Below, in pieces: positions 36,757-45,442 of a DNA stretch of 45,985 nt. How positions within the stretch are numbered: the stretch's first letter is position 1; each line of letters starts with the position of its first letter. A program made the translations under genes and the position numbers. Source of the stretch: Thiotrichales bacterium (GTDB lineage: Bacteria > Pseudomonadota > Gammaproteobacteria > CAZUMV01); assembly GCA_012961935.1 (NCBI GenBank), contig DTYI01000107.1, positions 1 through 45,985 of the forward strand. The letters run 5' to 3'. A model generated the notes under the pieces. It had not been told where the DNA came from. It saw only the letters and a list, made by a program, of their open reading frames with translations, and searched no databases.

Positions 36757-36875
36757 GCCGGTGCTTGCACGCCTGGCGCATCCGATAGCACGACTTTTCA
36801 CTCAAACCGTAGTACTGCTACGGTTTTCGCTCCAAAGTCGCACTCTCGAATGCGCCAGACGCACAATCATCCGGC
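36757..36875. repeat. Long imperfect hairpin (MITE-like) element inside the isc operon
   Basis: The left arm gccggtgcttgcacgcctggcgcatccgatagcacgacttttcactcaaaccgtag pairs imperfectly with the right arm ctacggttttcgctccaaagtcgcactctcgaatgcgccagacgcacaatcatccggc, with a 4-5 nt apical loop. It sits in the 257-nt fdx-iscX spacer. Confidence 0.65.
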
Positions 36876-36908
36876 ATCTTCATGCAACATACGGGCTAGG
36901 AGGCTGCC

Positions 36909-37109
36909 ATGGGTTTGAAGTGGACAGATACGTTGGATATTGCCATCGAACTGGAAGATGCCCACCCGGATGTCGATCCGCAACTTGTACGCTTTACGGA
37001 TTTGATGGAATGGGTGATGGCGCTGGATGAATTTGATGACGATCCAGAGCACTGTGGAGAGAAAATTCTCGAGGGTATACAGATGGCCTGGATCGAAGAG
37101 CACGATTAG
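36909..37109 (+). CDS. iscX: Fe-S assembly protein IscX (YfhJ)
   Basis: 66 aa, acidic. MGLKWTDTLDIAIELEDAHPDVDPQLVRFTDL is typical of IscX, and it is the last gene of the isc operon. Confidence 0.85.
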   Translation: MGLKWTDTLDIAIELEDAHPDVDPQLVRFTDLMEWVMALDEFDDDPEHCGEKILEGIQMAWIEEHD

Positions 37110-37128
37110 GCTTCTCTGATACAACTAT

Positions 37129-37211
37129 TTTGACGCAGAGGCGCTGAGACGCAGAGATTCGCAGAGCCTTTATTTATAAAATTTCTCTGCGCCTCAGCGT
37201 CTCTGCGTCAA
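37129..37211. repeat. REP-like palindromic element (GACGCARAG superfamily, CAGAG variant)
   Basis: ttgacgcagaggcgctgagacgcagag pairs with ctctgcgcctcagcgtctctgcgtcaa. It lies between the iscX stop and the aspS start. Confidence 0.8.
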
Positions 37212-37298
37212 TTTATCGAGGATCCTGCCTCCTTGCGCCGCAGCCTGGGAATTCGTAAGATGGCCGGCTTTATTTGATAAGTGAATCCAGGAAAACAA

Positions 37299-39068
37299 AT
37301 GCGTAGCGAATATTGCGGTCTGATTGATGAAAGCTTGATGGGGCAGGACGTCACGGTTTGTGGCTGGGTCAACCGCCGCCGCGATCATGGTGGGGTGATA
37401 TTTATCGATCTGCGCGACCGCGAAGGTTTACTGCAAGTTGTCATCGATCCGGATACGCCAGAAGTTTTTGCCACTGCAGAAAGCGTGCGCAATGAATATG
37501 TATTACAGGTCAAAGGCAAAGTGCGTGAACGCCCCGAAGGCACCGTTAACCCAGACCTGAAAAGCGGGAAAATTGAAGTACTGGGGCTGGAGCTGACCAT
37601 CCTCAACGCGGCTGAAACACCCCCTTTCCAGCAGGATGATGAAGATGTCAGCGAAGAGCATCGGCTGAAATATCGTTACGTCGATCTGCGTCGACCCGAG
37701 ATGCAGCAACGCATGCAGATCCGCGCAAAAGTCACTGGTTTCCTGCGTCGTTTTCTCGAAGAGCAGGGATTTCTGGATATCGAAACGCCGATGCTGACCA
37801 AGGCCACGCCGGAAGGCGCGCGCGATTATCTTGTACCCAGCCGCACACACCCCGGCAGTTTTTTTGCGCTACCGCAGTCGCCTCAGCTTTTTAAACAACT
37901 CCTGATGATGAGTGGCATGGATCGCTACTATCAAATCGTCCGCTGCTTCCGCGATGAAGATTTACGCGCCGACCGGCAGCCTGAATTTACCCAGCTCGAT
38001 ATCGAAACCTCATTCCTGGAAGAAGACCAGATCATGTCGATCATGGAAGACATGATGCGCGAACTGTTCGTACATGTGCTTGAAGAACCGTTACATGATC
38101 CGTTCCCAAGAATGACCTACGCCGATGCCATGGAACGTTTTGGTTCGGACAAGCCTGACCTGAGAATTCCTCTGGAGTTGGTTGATATCGGCGACCTGAT
38201 GAGCAAGGTTGAATTCAAGGTCTTCTCCGGCCCGGCCAATGATCCGGCAGGACGCGTTGTTGCGCTGCGTTTGCCCAAAGGTGCAGAACTCTCGCGTAAG
38301 GATATTGATGGTTACACGGAATATGTCGGCCGCTATGGTGCAAAAGGTCTGGCCTACATCAAGGTCAATGATTTGAGCGCAGGTGCAAACGGTCTACAGT
38401 CTCCCATCCTCAAATTCTTGCCGGATGAAGTGGCGATGGAAATCATGCAGCGCACGGGTGCTGAGGACGGAGACCTGGTATTTTTCGGCGCCGACAAAAC
38501 ACATATCGTAAATGAATCGCTGGGTGCGTTACGGGTTAAGCTTGGACATGATCGCGGCCTGGTTGAACGTGGCTGGCGCCCAGTCTGGATTGTTGATTTC
38601 CCAATGTTTGAATGGGACGAAAAAGAAAATCGCTGGCAGGCGTTGCATCATCCGTTTACCGCGCCCAATGTTAGCGATCCGGCACAATTGCATGAAAACC
38701 CCGGTCAGACTTTATCCCGCGCTTATGACATGGTGCTCAATGGTACAGAGCTGGGCGGCGGCTCAATTCGTATTCACAATCCGGAAATGCAGCGCGAAGT
38801 TTTCAAGCTGCTGGATATTCCAGATGAAGAAGCCGAAAATAAATTTGGCTTCCTGATGCAGGCTTTAAAATATGGCTGCCCGCCACACGGCGGCATCGCC
38901 TTCGGTCTGGATCGGCTGATCATGTTAATGACTGGTAGCAAGTCGATTCGTGACGTCATGGCTTTCCCGAAGACGCAAACAGCGGCCTGCCTGCTGACGG
39001 ATGCGCCAGCAGAAGTTTCGGATAAACAGTTGCACGAACTCAACATTCGAATTCGTAGGCAAGGCTAA
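37299..39068 (+). CDS. aspS: Aspartate--tRNA ligase
   Basis: 589 aa from the ATG at 37299 ([24 protein letters not shown]...). Class II motifs are [18 protein letters not shown] and GGIAFGLDR. Confidence 0.97.
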   Translation: MRSEYCGLIDESLMGQDVTVCGWVNRRRDHGGVIFIDLRDREGLLQVVIDPDTPEVFATAESVRNEYVLQVKGKVRERPEGTVNPDLKSGKIEVLGLELTILNAAETPPFQQDDEDVSEEHRLKYRYVDLRRPEMQQRMQIRAKVTGFLRRFLEEQGFLDIETPMLTKATPEGARDYLVPSRTHPGSFFALPQSPQLFKQLLMMSGMDRYYQIVRCFRDEDLRADRQPEFTQLDIETSFLEEDQIMSIMEDMMRELFVHVLEEPLHDPFPRMTYADAMERFGSDKPDLRIPLELVDIGDLMSKVEFKVFSGPANDPAGRVVALRLPKGAELSRKDIDGYTEYVGRYGAKGLAYIKVNDLSAGANGLQSPILKFLPDEVAMEIMQRTGAEDGDLVFFGADKTHIVNESLGALRVKLGHDRGLVERGWRPVWIVDFPMFEWDEKENRWQALHHPFTAPNVSDPAQLHENPGQTLSRAYDMVLNGTELGGGSIRIHNPEMQREVFKLLDIPDEEAENKFGFLMQALKYGCPPHGGIAFGLDRLIMLMTGSKSIRDVMAFPKTQTAACLLTDAPAEVSDKQLHELNIRIRRQG

Positions 39069-39109
39069 AAAAATAAAATGAAAAAATTCTTTTGTTACTT
39101 TAGTGAGTT

Positions 39110-39209
39110 CCCCTCTTTAGCAAAGAGGGGTTAGGGGAGATTTGAGACAACGTAAATGAATATTTGTCGACATTCAAATCCCCCTCAATCCCCCTTTTGG
39201 AAAAGGGGG
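39110..39209. repeat. Inverted pair of about 34-nt GGGGATTT-type hairpin repeat units
   Basis: The left unit is cccctctttagcaaagaggggttaggggagattt (39110-39143). The right unit is an inverted copy, aaatccccctcaatcccccttttggaaaaggggg (39176-39209). Each unit carries its own small hairpin. Confidence 0.7.
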
Positions 39210-39217
39210 AAGCTAGA

Positions 39218-39811
39218 ATGAAAAGAAGCATCGGCCTGGCTATTTTATTGCTTGCTTATGTGTTGCTATTACCAGGCTTGAGCAAACCCATTTTGTCCAT
39301 CACCGCCACCGCAGAAAAATCCGAATTGGTGGCAATAGGCAAACGACTGATTGAAGAAAATTCAGAAACCTCCGTGTTAATGGGTGGCGTTGCCAGCATG
39401 CTGTTGAACCAGATGGATACTAACGGCACAGTCGAGGCCTACCACAAAACCCGCAGCATTCTTGGAACCGTCCGCGACCTGTTTCAAAACAAACATTTTG
39501 TGGTTGGATTTTTAATCATGCTGTTTAGTGTGATCGTGCCGGTCATCAAAGGTTTTATGCTGCTACTGGCGCACATGAATGTCAGCCCAACCATGAGCCA
39601 TAAAATGAAAAACTACAGCGGCCTGATTAGCAAATGGTCAATGGCTGATGTGTTTGTCATCGGAATATTTGTTGCCTACCTTGCTGCTAACGCCATAGAG
39701 AAAGAAGCAGAGCTACTCTCCTTCGAAGCAACTTTAGGCGCAGGGTTTTATTTCTTTTTGGGTTACTGCCTGTTATCAATTTTGTCGGCGCAATTGCTGA
39801 CAGAGAAATGA
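39218..39811 (+). CDS. PqiA-family (paraquat-inducible protein A-like) integral membrane protein, single module
   Basis: 197 aa from the ATG at 39218. SILGTVRDLFQNKHFVVGFLIMLFSVIVPVIK and ISKWSMADVFVIGIFVAY match PqiA-domain hallmarks as recalled. Confidence 0.6.
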   Translation: MKRSIGLAILLLAYVLLLPGLSKPILSITATAEKSELVAIGKRLIEENSETSVLMGGVASMLLNQMDTNGTVEAYHKTRSILGTVRDLFQNKHFVVGFLIMLFSVIVPVIKGFMLLLAHMNVSPTMSHKMKNYSGLISKWSMADVFVIGIFVAYLAANAIEKEAELLSFEATLGAGFYFFLGYCLLSILSAQLLTEK

Positions 39812-39954
39812 TATGTAGATTAGGTTTTTTTGTCATCTCAACACGCAAAAGGCTTATCAATTTTTGATTTGTGTGTCTTGTTTCACGCCAAAGGCAAGCA
39901 GTTTGCAATAGGATTGGTCGGTATCTTTTTAAAGAAACATTTCGTGGCAGAATT

Positions 39955-40550
39955 ATGGATGACAATTTATACAAACCACCCGAAGCTGAATTAATCGACC
40001 CCGTTTCAGTTGAAAATGAATTTTATGTCGTGTCACAAAAAAATATCTTGTCCTGTTTTTTATAACGATCGGGCTGTACCCAGTATACTGGTTTTATAAA
40101 AACTGGAGTTTGTATCGAGAAAAAACCGGCAATAAGATGTGGCCTGTCATGAGAGGCATCTTTTCGATATTTTTTACGCATTCTCTTTTCCGACTGGTGG
40201 ATTCAAGATTAAAAGAAAAGAAATTTGAATATGAGTGGAATCCTCAGTTTGTCGCGACAGTCTATGTTTTATTTGCAATTCTTGGCAATATTCTAGACAG
40301 GCTTTCATATAAAGAAATTGGTTCTCCAGTTACTGATCTGCTGAGCCTTGGTGTGCTTCCTGTGGTTGGTTGGACTCTCTATAAAGCACAGAATGCAGTC
40401 AATATTGTATGTGAAGATCCACTGGGTGTTTCAAACAATCAATTTACATGGGCCAATATTATCTGGATTGTTTTTGGAACAATTTTGTGGGGGATGATCC
40501 TGTTAGGTTTGTACTTCATGGTGTTTGATCCTTCAGCATTAGATATATAG
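39955..40550 (+). pseudogene. Membrane protein gene (DUF4234-like, GLYPVYWFYKNW motif) interrupted by a frameshift at an A7 tract
   Basis: ORF 39955-40065 (MDDNLYKPPEAEL...FYVVSQKN...) and ORF 40110-40550 are parts of one coding sequence. Adding one A to the A7 run at 40037-40043 gives continuous FYVVSQKKYLVLFFITIGLYPVYWFYKNWSLYREKTGNKMWPV.... Confidence 0.6.
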
Positions 40551-40588
40551 CTAAGATGCCAGGTAAGAATCTACCTTTTCGAAATACT

Positions 40589-41182
40589 TTATTTGAGTAT
40601 GCTGGCTAGTTGAGTTTTAACCTTTTCCATGGGATCACCTGGGGCAACATCTAGACCTATCAGCTTGCAGATGACTGTAAGCGAAAAAATACCACATATC
40701 TCATCCTGACCACTTTCCGTATTGCTGTTAAGAACAAGCGCGTGACGTCGTTCTGTTTCGTTAAAGCTTGTTAGAATGTCGCCAATTTTTGCGTTTTTAA
40801 CTGACTCGAGTGTCATGACTTCGATGCGTCCAGTCAGCGTCATGACGTGCTGTACCTGGAGAAAGGCTGCATCTTCTCCTGTTTTGGAAGCAATTTTTTC
40901 TGCCCGACCACTATCCAGGTCGGTCAAAGTAATAACTCCCATCACGGCGGCAGTGGCGCCAGTGACCAATTGCATACGAACACCCAGTTTTTTCATGCGT
41001 TCACGGGTTGCGCTGAGGGTGGTGGTGCGCTCCACTGTTAATGCGGTCACTTTGCGCAAATCTGTCATGACATCTATCGCAGGACTATCTGCAGTTAAAC
41101 CTTCAGGCCATTTGGTAACAGGCCGTGAATAGGTTGCTCCAACTGGCAGGGATTTAAAGGGGACTGATTTGTATTTGCTCAT
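40589..41182 (-). CDS. CBS-domain pair protein
   Basis: 197 aa. Two CBS-like segments (VMTDLRKVTALTV... and VQHVMTLTGRIEVMTL...HALVL...GIFS). Confidence 0.65.
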   Translation of the reverse strand: MSKYKSVPFKSLPVGATYSRPVTKWPEGLTADSPAIDVMTDLRKVTALTVERTTTLSATRERMKKLGVRMQLVTGATAAVMGVITLTDLDSGRAEKIASKTGEDAAFLQVQHVMTLTGRIEVMTLESVKNAKIGDILTSFNETERRHALVLNSNTESGQDEICGIFSLTVICKLIGLDVAPGDPMEKVKTQLASILK

Positions 41183-41276
41183 GTTGGCGCTCCGAGATTA
41201 GTTTCAGTGAATCTTTGTTCTGAGTTAACTATTAGCTTTGATCTTAAGTAAAGATTGGAGATCGAATAGAGTTTTG

Positions 41277-42155
41277 TCAATCAACTTCAAGCAGTTTTAG
41301 ATAATTCATGTAACGACGCTTGTTGATACTTCCATTCTCTACGGCATTTTTTACCGCGCAATCAGGTTCGTTAACATGCTGGCAGTTGTGGAAGCGGCAT
41401 TGTGCGCTAAGTTTTGCGATTTCGATAAAGCCATTATGGATTGCGTTCAGGTTTAAGTTATCGGGCGTGAAATCACGTATGCCGGGCGAATCAATTAAAT
41501 ATCCTTCATCCGGTAAATCATAAAGTCGCGTGACGCTGGTGGTGTGCTGGCCGAATTGTGTGGCTTTGGAAACTTCGCCTATTTTTATTTTGGCGTCTTT
41601 GAGTATTTTCTGCGCAAGGGATGATTTTCCGACACCGGATTGACCGACAAGAATATTGGTTTTATTGGCTAGTAATTTTTCCAGGTTTTTAATGGACTCT
41701 GAATCATTAATACTGGTCTCCAACACCTGATAACCAATTCCTCTGAAATATTTCCATTCTTTTTGCATAGCGTCATCGGCAGGCAGATCGCTTTTATGAT
41801 GCAGGATAAGTGAGTTGGTGTTGAGTTGTTTCGCAACAATTAATAATTGATCAACGACTTCCCAGTCAGGCCGTGGCTCGGGTGCTGTGACAATAATTAC
41901 CTGGTCTATGTTGGCAGCCAGTGTCCTGGACTGACCGCGAAAACCTGAACGGGACAGTGCGTTTTTCCGCGGCAGCATGTCGACGAGTGCATAACTTCCT
42001 GTTGTCTCTTCCTTCCAGCTAACAAAGTCTCCACAGACAACATCACGGTGTTTGTTTCTGCCTTTTGCAATAATTATTTTTTTCTGATCGGTGCTGATTT
42101 CAAATTCAGCACCATAGCGTGCTATGACGCGTCCTTTGCCGTGGAGTAAAGTCAC
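41277..42155 (-). CDS. rsgA: Ribosome small-subunit-dependent GTPase A
   Basis: 292 aa. Circularly permuted GTPase with GQSGVGKSSL, DSPG and a C-terminal Zn motif CRFHNCQHVNEPDCAV. Confidence 0.9.
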   Translation of the reverse strand: MTLLHGKGRVIARYGAEFEISTDQKKIIIAKGRNKHRDVVCGDFVSWKEETTGSYALVDMLPRKNALSRSGFRGQSRTLAANIDQVIIVTAPEPRPDWEVVDQLLIVAKQLNTNSLILHHKSDLPADDAMQKEWKYFRGIGYQVLETSINDSESIKNLEKLLANKTNILVGQSGVGKSSLAQKILKDAKIKIGEVSKATQFGQHTTSVTRLYDLPDEGYLIDSPGIRDFTPDNLNLNAIHNGFIEIAKLSAQCRFHNCQHVNEPDCAVKNAVENGSINKRRYMNYLKLLEVD

Positions 42156-42170
42156 CCAGGTTTCTCGCTA

Positions 42171-42518
42171 TTAAAGCAGGTCAAAGCCAAGCAAGTCGTC
42201 AACTTTTGCAGCGCAGATAAAATCGTTTATGGACAGGCCATCAACGGCATGGGTGGAGTAGGCAACCAGACATTTGTTATAGCTGACCTGCATGTCAGGG
42301 TGATGGTCTTCCGAGTGTGCAATCCAGGCAACCGCGTTCACGAATGACAGTGTTTCGTAATAATCTGAAAAACGGAATAAGCGCTCGATCACCATTCCGT
42401 TTTCAGAGAGATGCCATTCATCATCCACCTGTGGTTTCAGTTCGGCAATTTCTTCTGCCTTTAATGGTTCAAGGCCAGCATCGGCTGCGTAACAATGTTG
42501 CTGGCTAAGGTTCCGCAT
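42171..42518 (-). CDS. phhB: 4a-hydroxytetrahydrobiopterin (pterin-4a-carbinolamine) dehydratase
   Basis: 115 aa. Motifs W......I.R.F.F.....LSFVNAVAWIAHSEDHHPD. Confidence 0.85.
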   Translation of the reverse strand: MRNLSQQHCYAADAGLEPLKAEEIAELKPQVDDEWHLSENGMVIERLFRFSDYYETLSFVNAVAWIAHSEDHHPDMQVSYNKCLVAYSTHAVDGLSINDFICAAKVDDLLGFDLL

Positions 42519-42823
42519 TATTTAGAAAACTTGTACCAGGTTTTATCGAGATAATCGGTTACACTTTTGACATCCTCTTCAAACCAGGATTGGTTTGTAT
42601 TGGTTGCACAGCGTTGTACCTGTGTTTCCAGACTGGCGCGTGTTTTCATTTTCCGATCCTTGCGTGTATACAACGCAGAGCCATCTCCGCCGGTCATGCC
42701 AATATGGCAACCCGTGCAACTTTCATCGTGCAGTTTTTTGCCGTGCTCCACACTAATTTTTTCGTCAGCGAGTGCGGGAAAAGTGAGTAGTGATAATATC
42801 GTTAAAGTGATTAAATTTTTCAT
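42518..42823 (-). CDS. Periplasmic mono-haem c-type cytochrome
   Basis: 101 aa from the ATG at 42823. Signal peptide MKNLITLTILSLLTFPALA and a single CTGCH haem-binding motif. Its stop overlaps the phhB start (TAATG). Confidence 0.7.
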   Translation of the reverse strand: MKNLITLTILSLLTFPALADEKISVEHGKKLHDESCTGCHIGMTGGDGSALYTRKDRKMKTRASLETQVQRCATNTNQSWFEEDVKSVTDYLDKTWYKFSK

Positions 42824-42862
42824 GTCGATCCTCCAATTGGTCAATAGTGTACCGCATATAGG

Positions 42863-44107
42863 TTATTGGGACGCTTTTAGCTGTTCTATTCTTTCCAGCG
42901 CGGGTGGATGGGAAGCATAAAATCTTGAATACAATGGGTCGGGTGTCAGGGTGCTGGCATTGTCGCGATAAAGGTTGATGAGAGCATGCGCAAGGTCATC
43001 GCCGCTGGTCTGCTGGCGCGCAAAGGCGTCGGCTTCGAATTCATGTTTGCGTGACCACCAGGCTGACAGGGGCTGGAAAAACCAGGTAAATAACGGGCTG
43101 ACCAGCGCGAATAAAATCAGGCCTGTCGCCAGTGATGGCGTGTTGACACCTAACTGGTGATAAATATTTTCCTGAGGTAACAGCCAGGCCAGGACGGCAA
43201 AACCTGCAAGGCTGGTGATTGCACCTACGAGCAAACCTTTTAAAACATGTTTGTGTTTAAAATGTCCCAGTTCGTGTGCGAGTACAGCCAGCATTTGTTT
43301 TGCCGAAAGTGTTTCCAGCAGGGTGTCGAAAAACACAATGCGTTTGTTTTTGCCCAGACCGGTGAAGTAGGCGTTGCCATGACCAGAACGGCGGGACCCG
43401 TCCATGACGAAAATACCGTTACTTTTAAAGCCGCTTCGATCTAGCAGGGATTGAATTTCATCGCGCAGTTTTTCATCTTTTAGTGGAGAGAATTTATTAA
43501 AGATCGGTGCGATAAAGGTTGGGAATGCCCAGCTGATTAATAATCCAAATGCCATCCATGCTGCCCAGGCATAAAGCCACCAGAACTGTCCGCTGGCTTG
43601 CATCAGCCAGAGGATTAAAACAATAATCGGTGTGCCAATGAGCAAGCCAAGGAGTCCACCTTTTATCAAATCAGTAATAAAAGTTTTAACTGTCGTTTTG
43701 TTAAAACCGAAACGTTTTTCAATAACAAAGGTGCTATAGATTGAAACCGGTAAATGTAAAATTGCAGAAATTAATATCACCACAAGTATGATGAGTGTGC
43801 CAGTCGTGAGTGAAGAAAAACCATAATTGTTAATCCAGCTGCTCACGGCTTCTATGCCGCCGCCCAGTGTCCAGCCAAGTAAGATCAGGCCGTCATAAAA
43901 CATTGTCCAACGGCTCATCTTTGCTTTGGCCACTGTATAATCAGCTGCTTTTTGATGGGCCTCCAGGCTGATTTTTTCACTGAATTCTGCGGGGACTTTT
44001 TCGCGGTTGTTATGTACATATTTGATCTGGCGCTGGTTCAGCCAGAATCGGGAGGCGAGAGATAATCCGAGTGCAAGGAGAAAAATTATTGTGTAGATCA
44101 TGCGCAA
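42863..44107 (-). CDS. M48-family (Ste24/HtpX-like) zinc metallopeptidase
   Basis: 414 aa, multi-TM, with [10 protein letters not shown] (HExxH) and a downstream E...A...D motif. Confidence 0.85.
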   Translation of the reverse strand: MRMIYTIIFLLALGLSLASRFWLNQRQIKYVHNNREKVPAEFSEKISLEAHQKAADYTVAKAKMSRWTMFYDGLILLGWTLGGGIEAVSSWINNYGFSSLTTGTLIILVVILISAILHLPVSIYSTFVIEKRFGFNKTTVKTFITDLIKGGLLGLLIGTPIIVLILWLMQASGQFWWLYAWAAWMAFGLLISWAFPTFIAPIFNKFSPLKDEKLRDEIQSLLDRSGFKSNGIFVMDGSRRSGHGNAYFTGLGKNKRIVFFDTLLETLSAKQMLAVLAHELGHFKHKHVLKGLLVGAITSLAGFAVLAWLLPQENIYHQLGVNTPSLATGLILFALVSPLFTWFFQPLSAWWSRKHEFEADAFARQQTSGDDLAHALINLYRDNASTLTPDPLYSRFYASHPPALERIEQLKASQ

Positions 44108-44164
44108 TACTATAGCGGTCTGTTAAACTGCCAGCCAGTTTACCTGAAATTCATACAAGTATTT

Positions 44165-44710
44165 ATGTTACCAAATGAAGAAAACCTGATCTGGATTGAT
44201 CTGGAAATGACCGGTCTGGACACACAAAATGATGTCATAATCGAAATCGCGACGATCGTGACCGACAAGGACCTGAATCCGCTTGCTGAGGGCCCGATGC
44301 TGGCGATTCATCAACCGAAGGAGGTCATGGATGCCATGGATGAGTGGAATACCCGCCAGCATGGGGAATCCGGTCTGACCAAAAGGGTGCTGGAAAGCAC
44401 GATCACAGAAGCGGAGGCTGAGCAGGCGACACTGGATTTCTTGAGCCAGTATGTCCCTGCGGGAATGTCGCCCATGTGCGGCAATAGCATCTGCCAGGAT
44501 CGGCGTTTTCTGGCGCGCTGCATGCCGAAGCTGGAGGCCTGGTTTCATTACCGCAATCTGGATGTCAGCACGCTGAAAGAATTAGCCAAACGCTGGCACC
44601 CAAAAATTGCGAAAGGGTTTTACAAGGAGTCATCGCATCTGGCGCTGGACGATGTGAAAGACTCGATCGAGGAATTAAAATATTACCGGGAACATCTTCT
44701 GGTCAGGTGA
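44165..44710 (+). CDS. orn: Oligoribonuclease
   Basis: 181 aa. The DEDDh exonuclease region [12 protein letters not shown]...H..LDD is highly similar to Orn. Confidence 0.95.
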   Translation: MLPNEENLIWIDLEMTGLDTQNDVIIEIATIVTDKDLNPLAEGPMLAIHQPKEVMDAMDEWNTRQHGESGLTKRVLESTITEAEAEQATLDFLSQYVPAGMSPMCGNSICQDRRFLARCMPKLEAWFHYRNLDVSTLKELAKRWHPKIAKGFYKESSHLALDDVKDSIEELKYYREHLLVR

Positions 44711-44748
44711 GTGACACTCATCTCTGGCAAGGCTCCTGTAGACTTTTC

Positions 44749-44809
44749 TTTGACGCAGAGACGCAGAGTTTTTTTAAAAATAATTTTTACTCTGCGCCTC
44801 TGCGTCAAA
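44749..44809. repeat. REP-like palindromic element (GACGCARAG superfamily, CAGAG variant)
   Basis: tttgacgcagagacgcagag (44749-44768) pairs with ctctgcgcctctgcgtcaaa (44790-44809). It lies between the convergent orn and smr-like genes. Confidence 0.8.
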
Positions 44810-44832
44810 AAATAATGATACAAGAGGCGCCC

Positions 44833-45411
44833 TTAAAATTTGCGAGCAGATCTAAGCAATACATAAACCGCCCCTGTACCACCATCATTCGGTCGGCAGG
44901 AGTGGAAGGCCAGGACTTCGCTTCGCTGCCGCAACCAGCTGTTTACCAATCCCTTCAAAACGGGCCCCTGATTGGATGACCGCAATCCCTTGCCGTGAAT
45001 AATTCGTACACAGCGATAATTGCGTTCATGCGCGGCATTGAGAAATTGTACTAGCGCTTGCCGCGCATCCTGGCTATTCAGGCCATGCAGATCGAGTTCT
45101 GCATCGCTACGAAACTCACCCCGGCGAAGTTTGCGCAGAACACTGCGTTGCAATCCGCTTTGTTGAAAACTCAGGATATCGCCCGGTTGCAATTCCGCTG
45201 AAGCATAATCATCGCTGAGCATGTCATATTTGACCTGCTGTTCGTCAGCGATTAACTGGCGCGGGTGGTGATCGGGTTTTGGCCGTTCGTGGGTGACCTT
45301 GTCATGATTCAGCTTGCGGATATCGCCTACCGCTTCTCTGAAAAGAGCATTTTCCCGATTTTCTTTACCTTTCTTTGTCATGAGTAGCGCAGCCTCAAGG
45401 ATAGTTTTCAA
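44833..45411 (-). CDS. Smr-domain protein (SmrA/YfcN-like endonuclease)
   Basis: 192 aa. The C-terminal Smr domain reads LDLHGLNSQDARQALVQFL...RCVRIIHGKG. Confidence 0.75.
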   Translation of the reverse strand: MKTILEAALLMTKKGKENRENALFREAVGDIRKLNHDKVTHERPKPDHHPRQLIADEQQVKYDMLSDDYASAELQPGDILSFQQSGLQRSVLRKLRRGEFRSDAELDLHGLNSQDARQALVQFLNAAHERNYRCVRIIHGKGLRSSNQGPVLKGLVNSWLRQRSEVLAFHSCRPNDGGTGAVYVLLRSARKF

Positions 45412-45442
45412 GTATCATACCCATTTTTAGATCGGAATCGCT

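Noticed and set aside
36664-37030. ORFs 36664-36918 and 36755-37030 (+) between fdx and iscX.
   Set aside because: They are read through the imperfect hairpin element and overlap iscX out of frame. The bona fide IscX ORF (36909-37109) explains the coding potential.
2986-44809. Whether the recurring palindromic repeats could be a CRISPR array.
   Set aside because: The copies are dispersed singly across the window at gene boundaries. Each is an inverted repeat, not a direct repeat separated by regular unique spacers. No cas genes are present.
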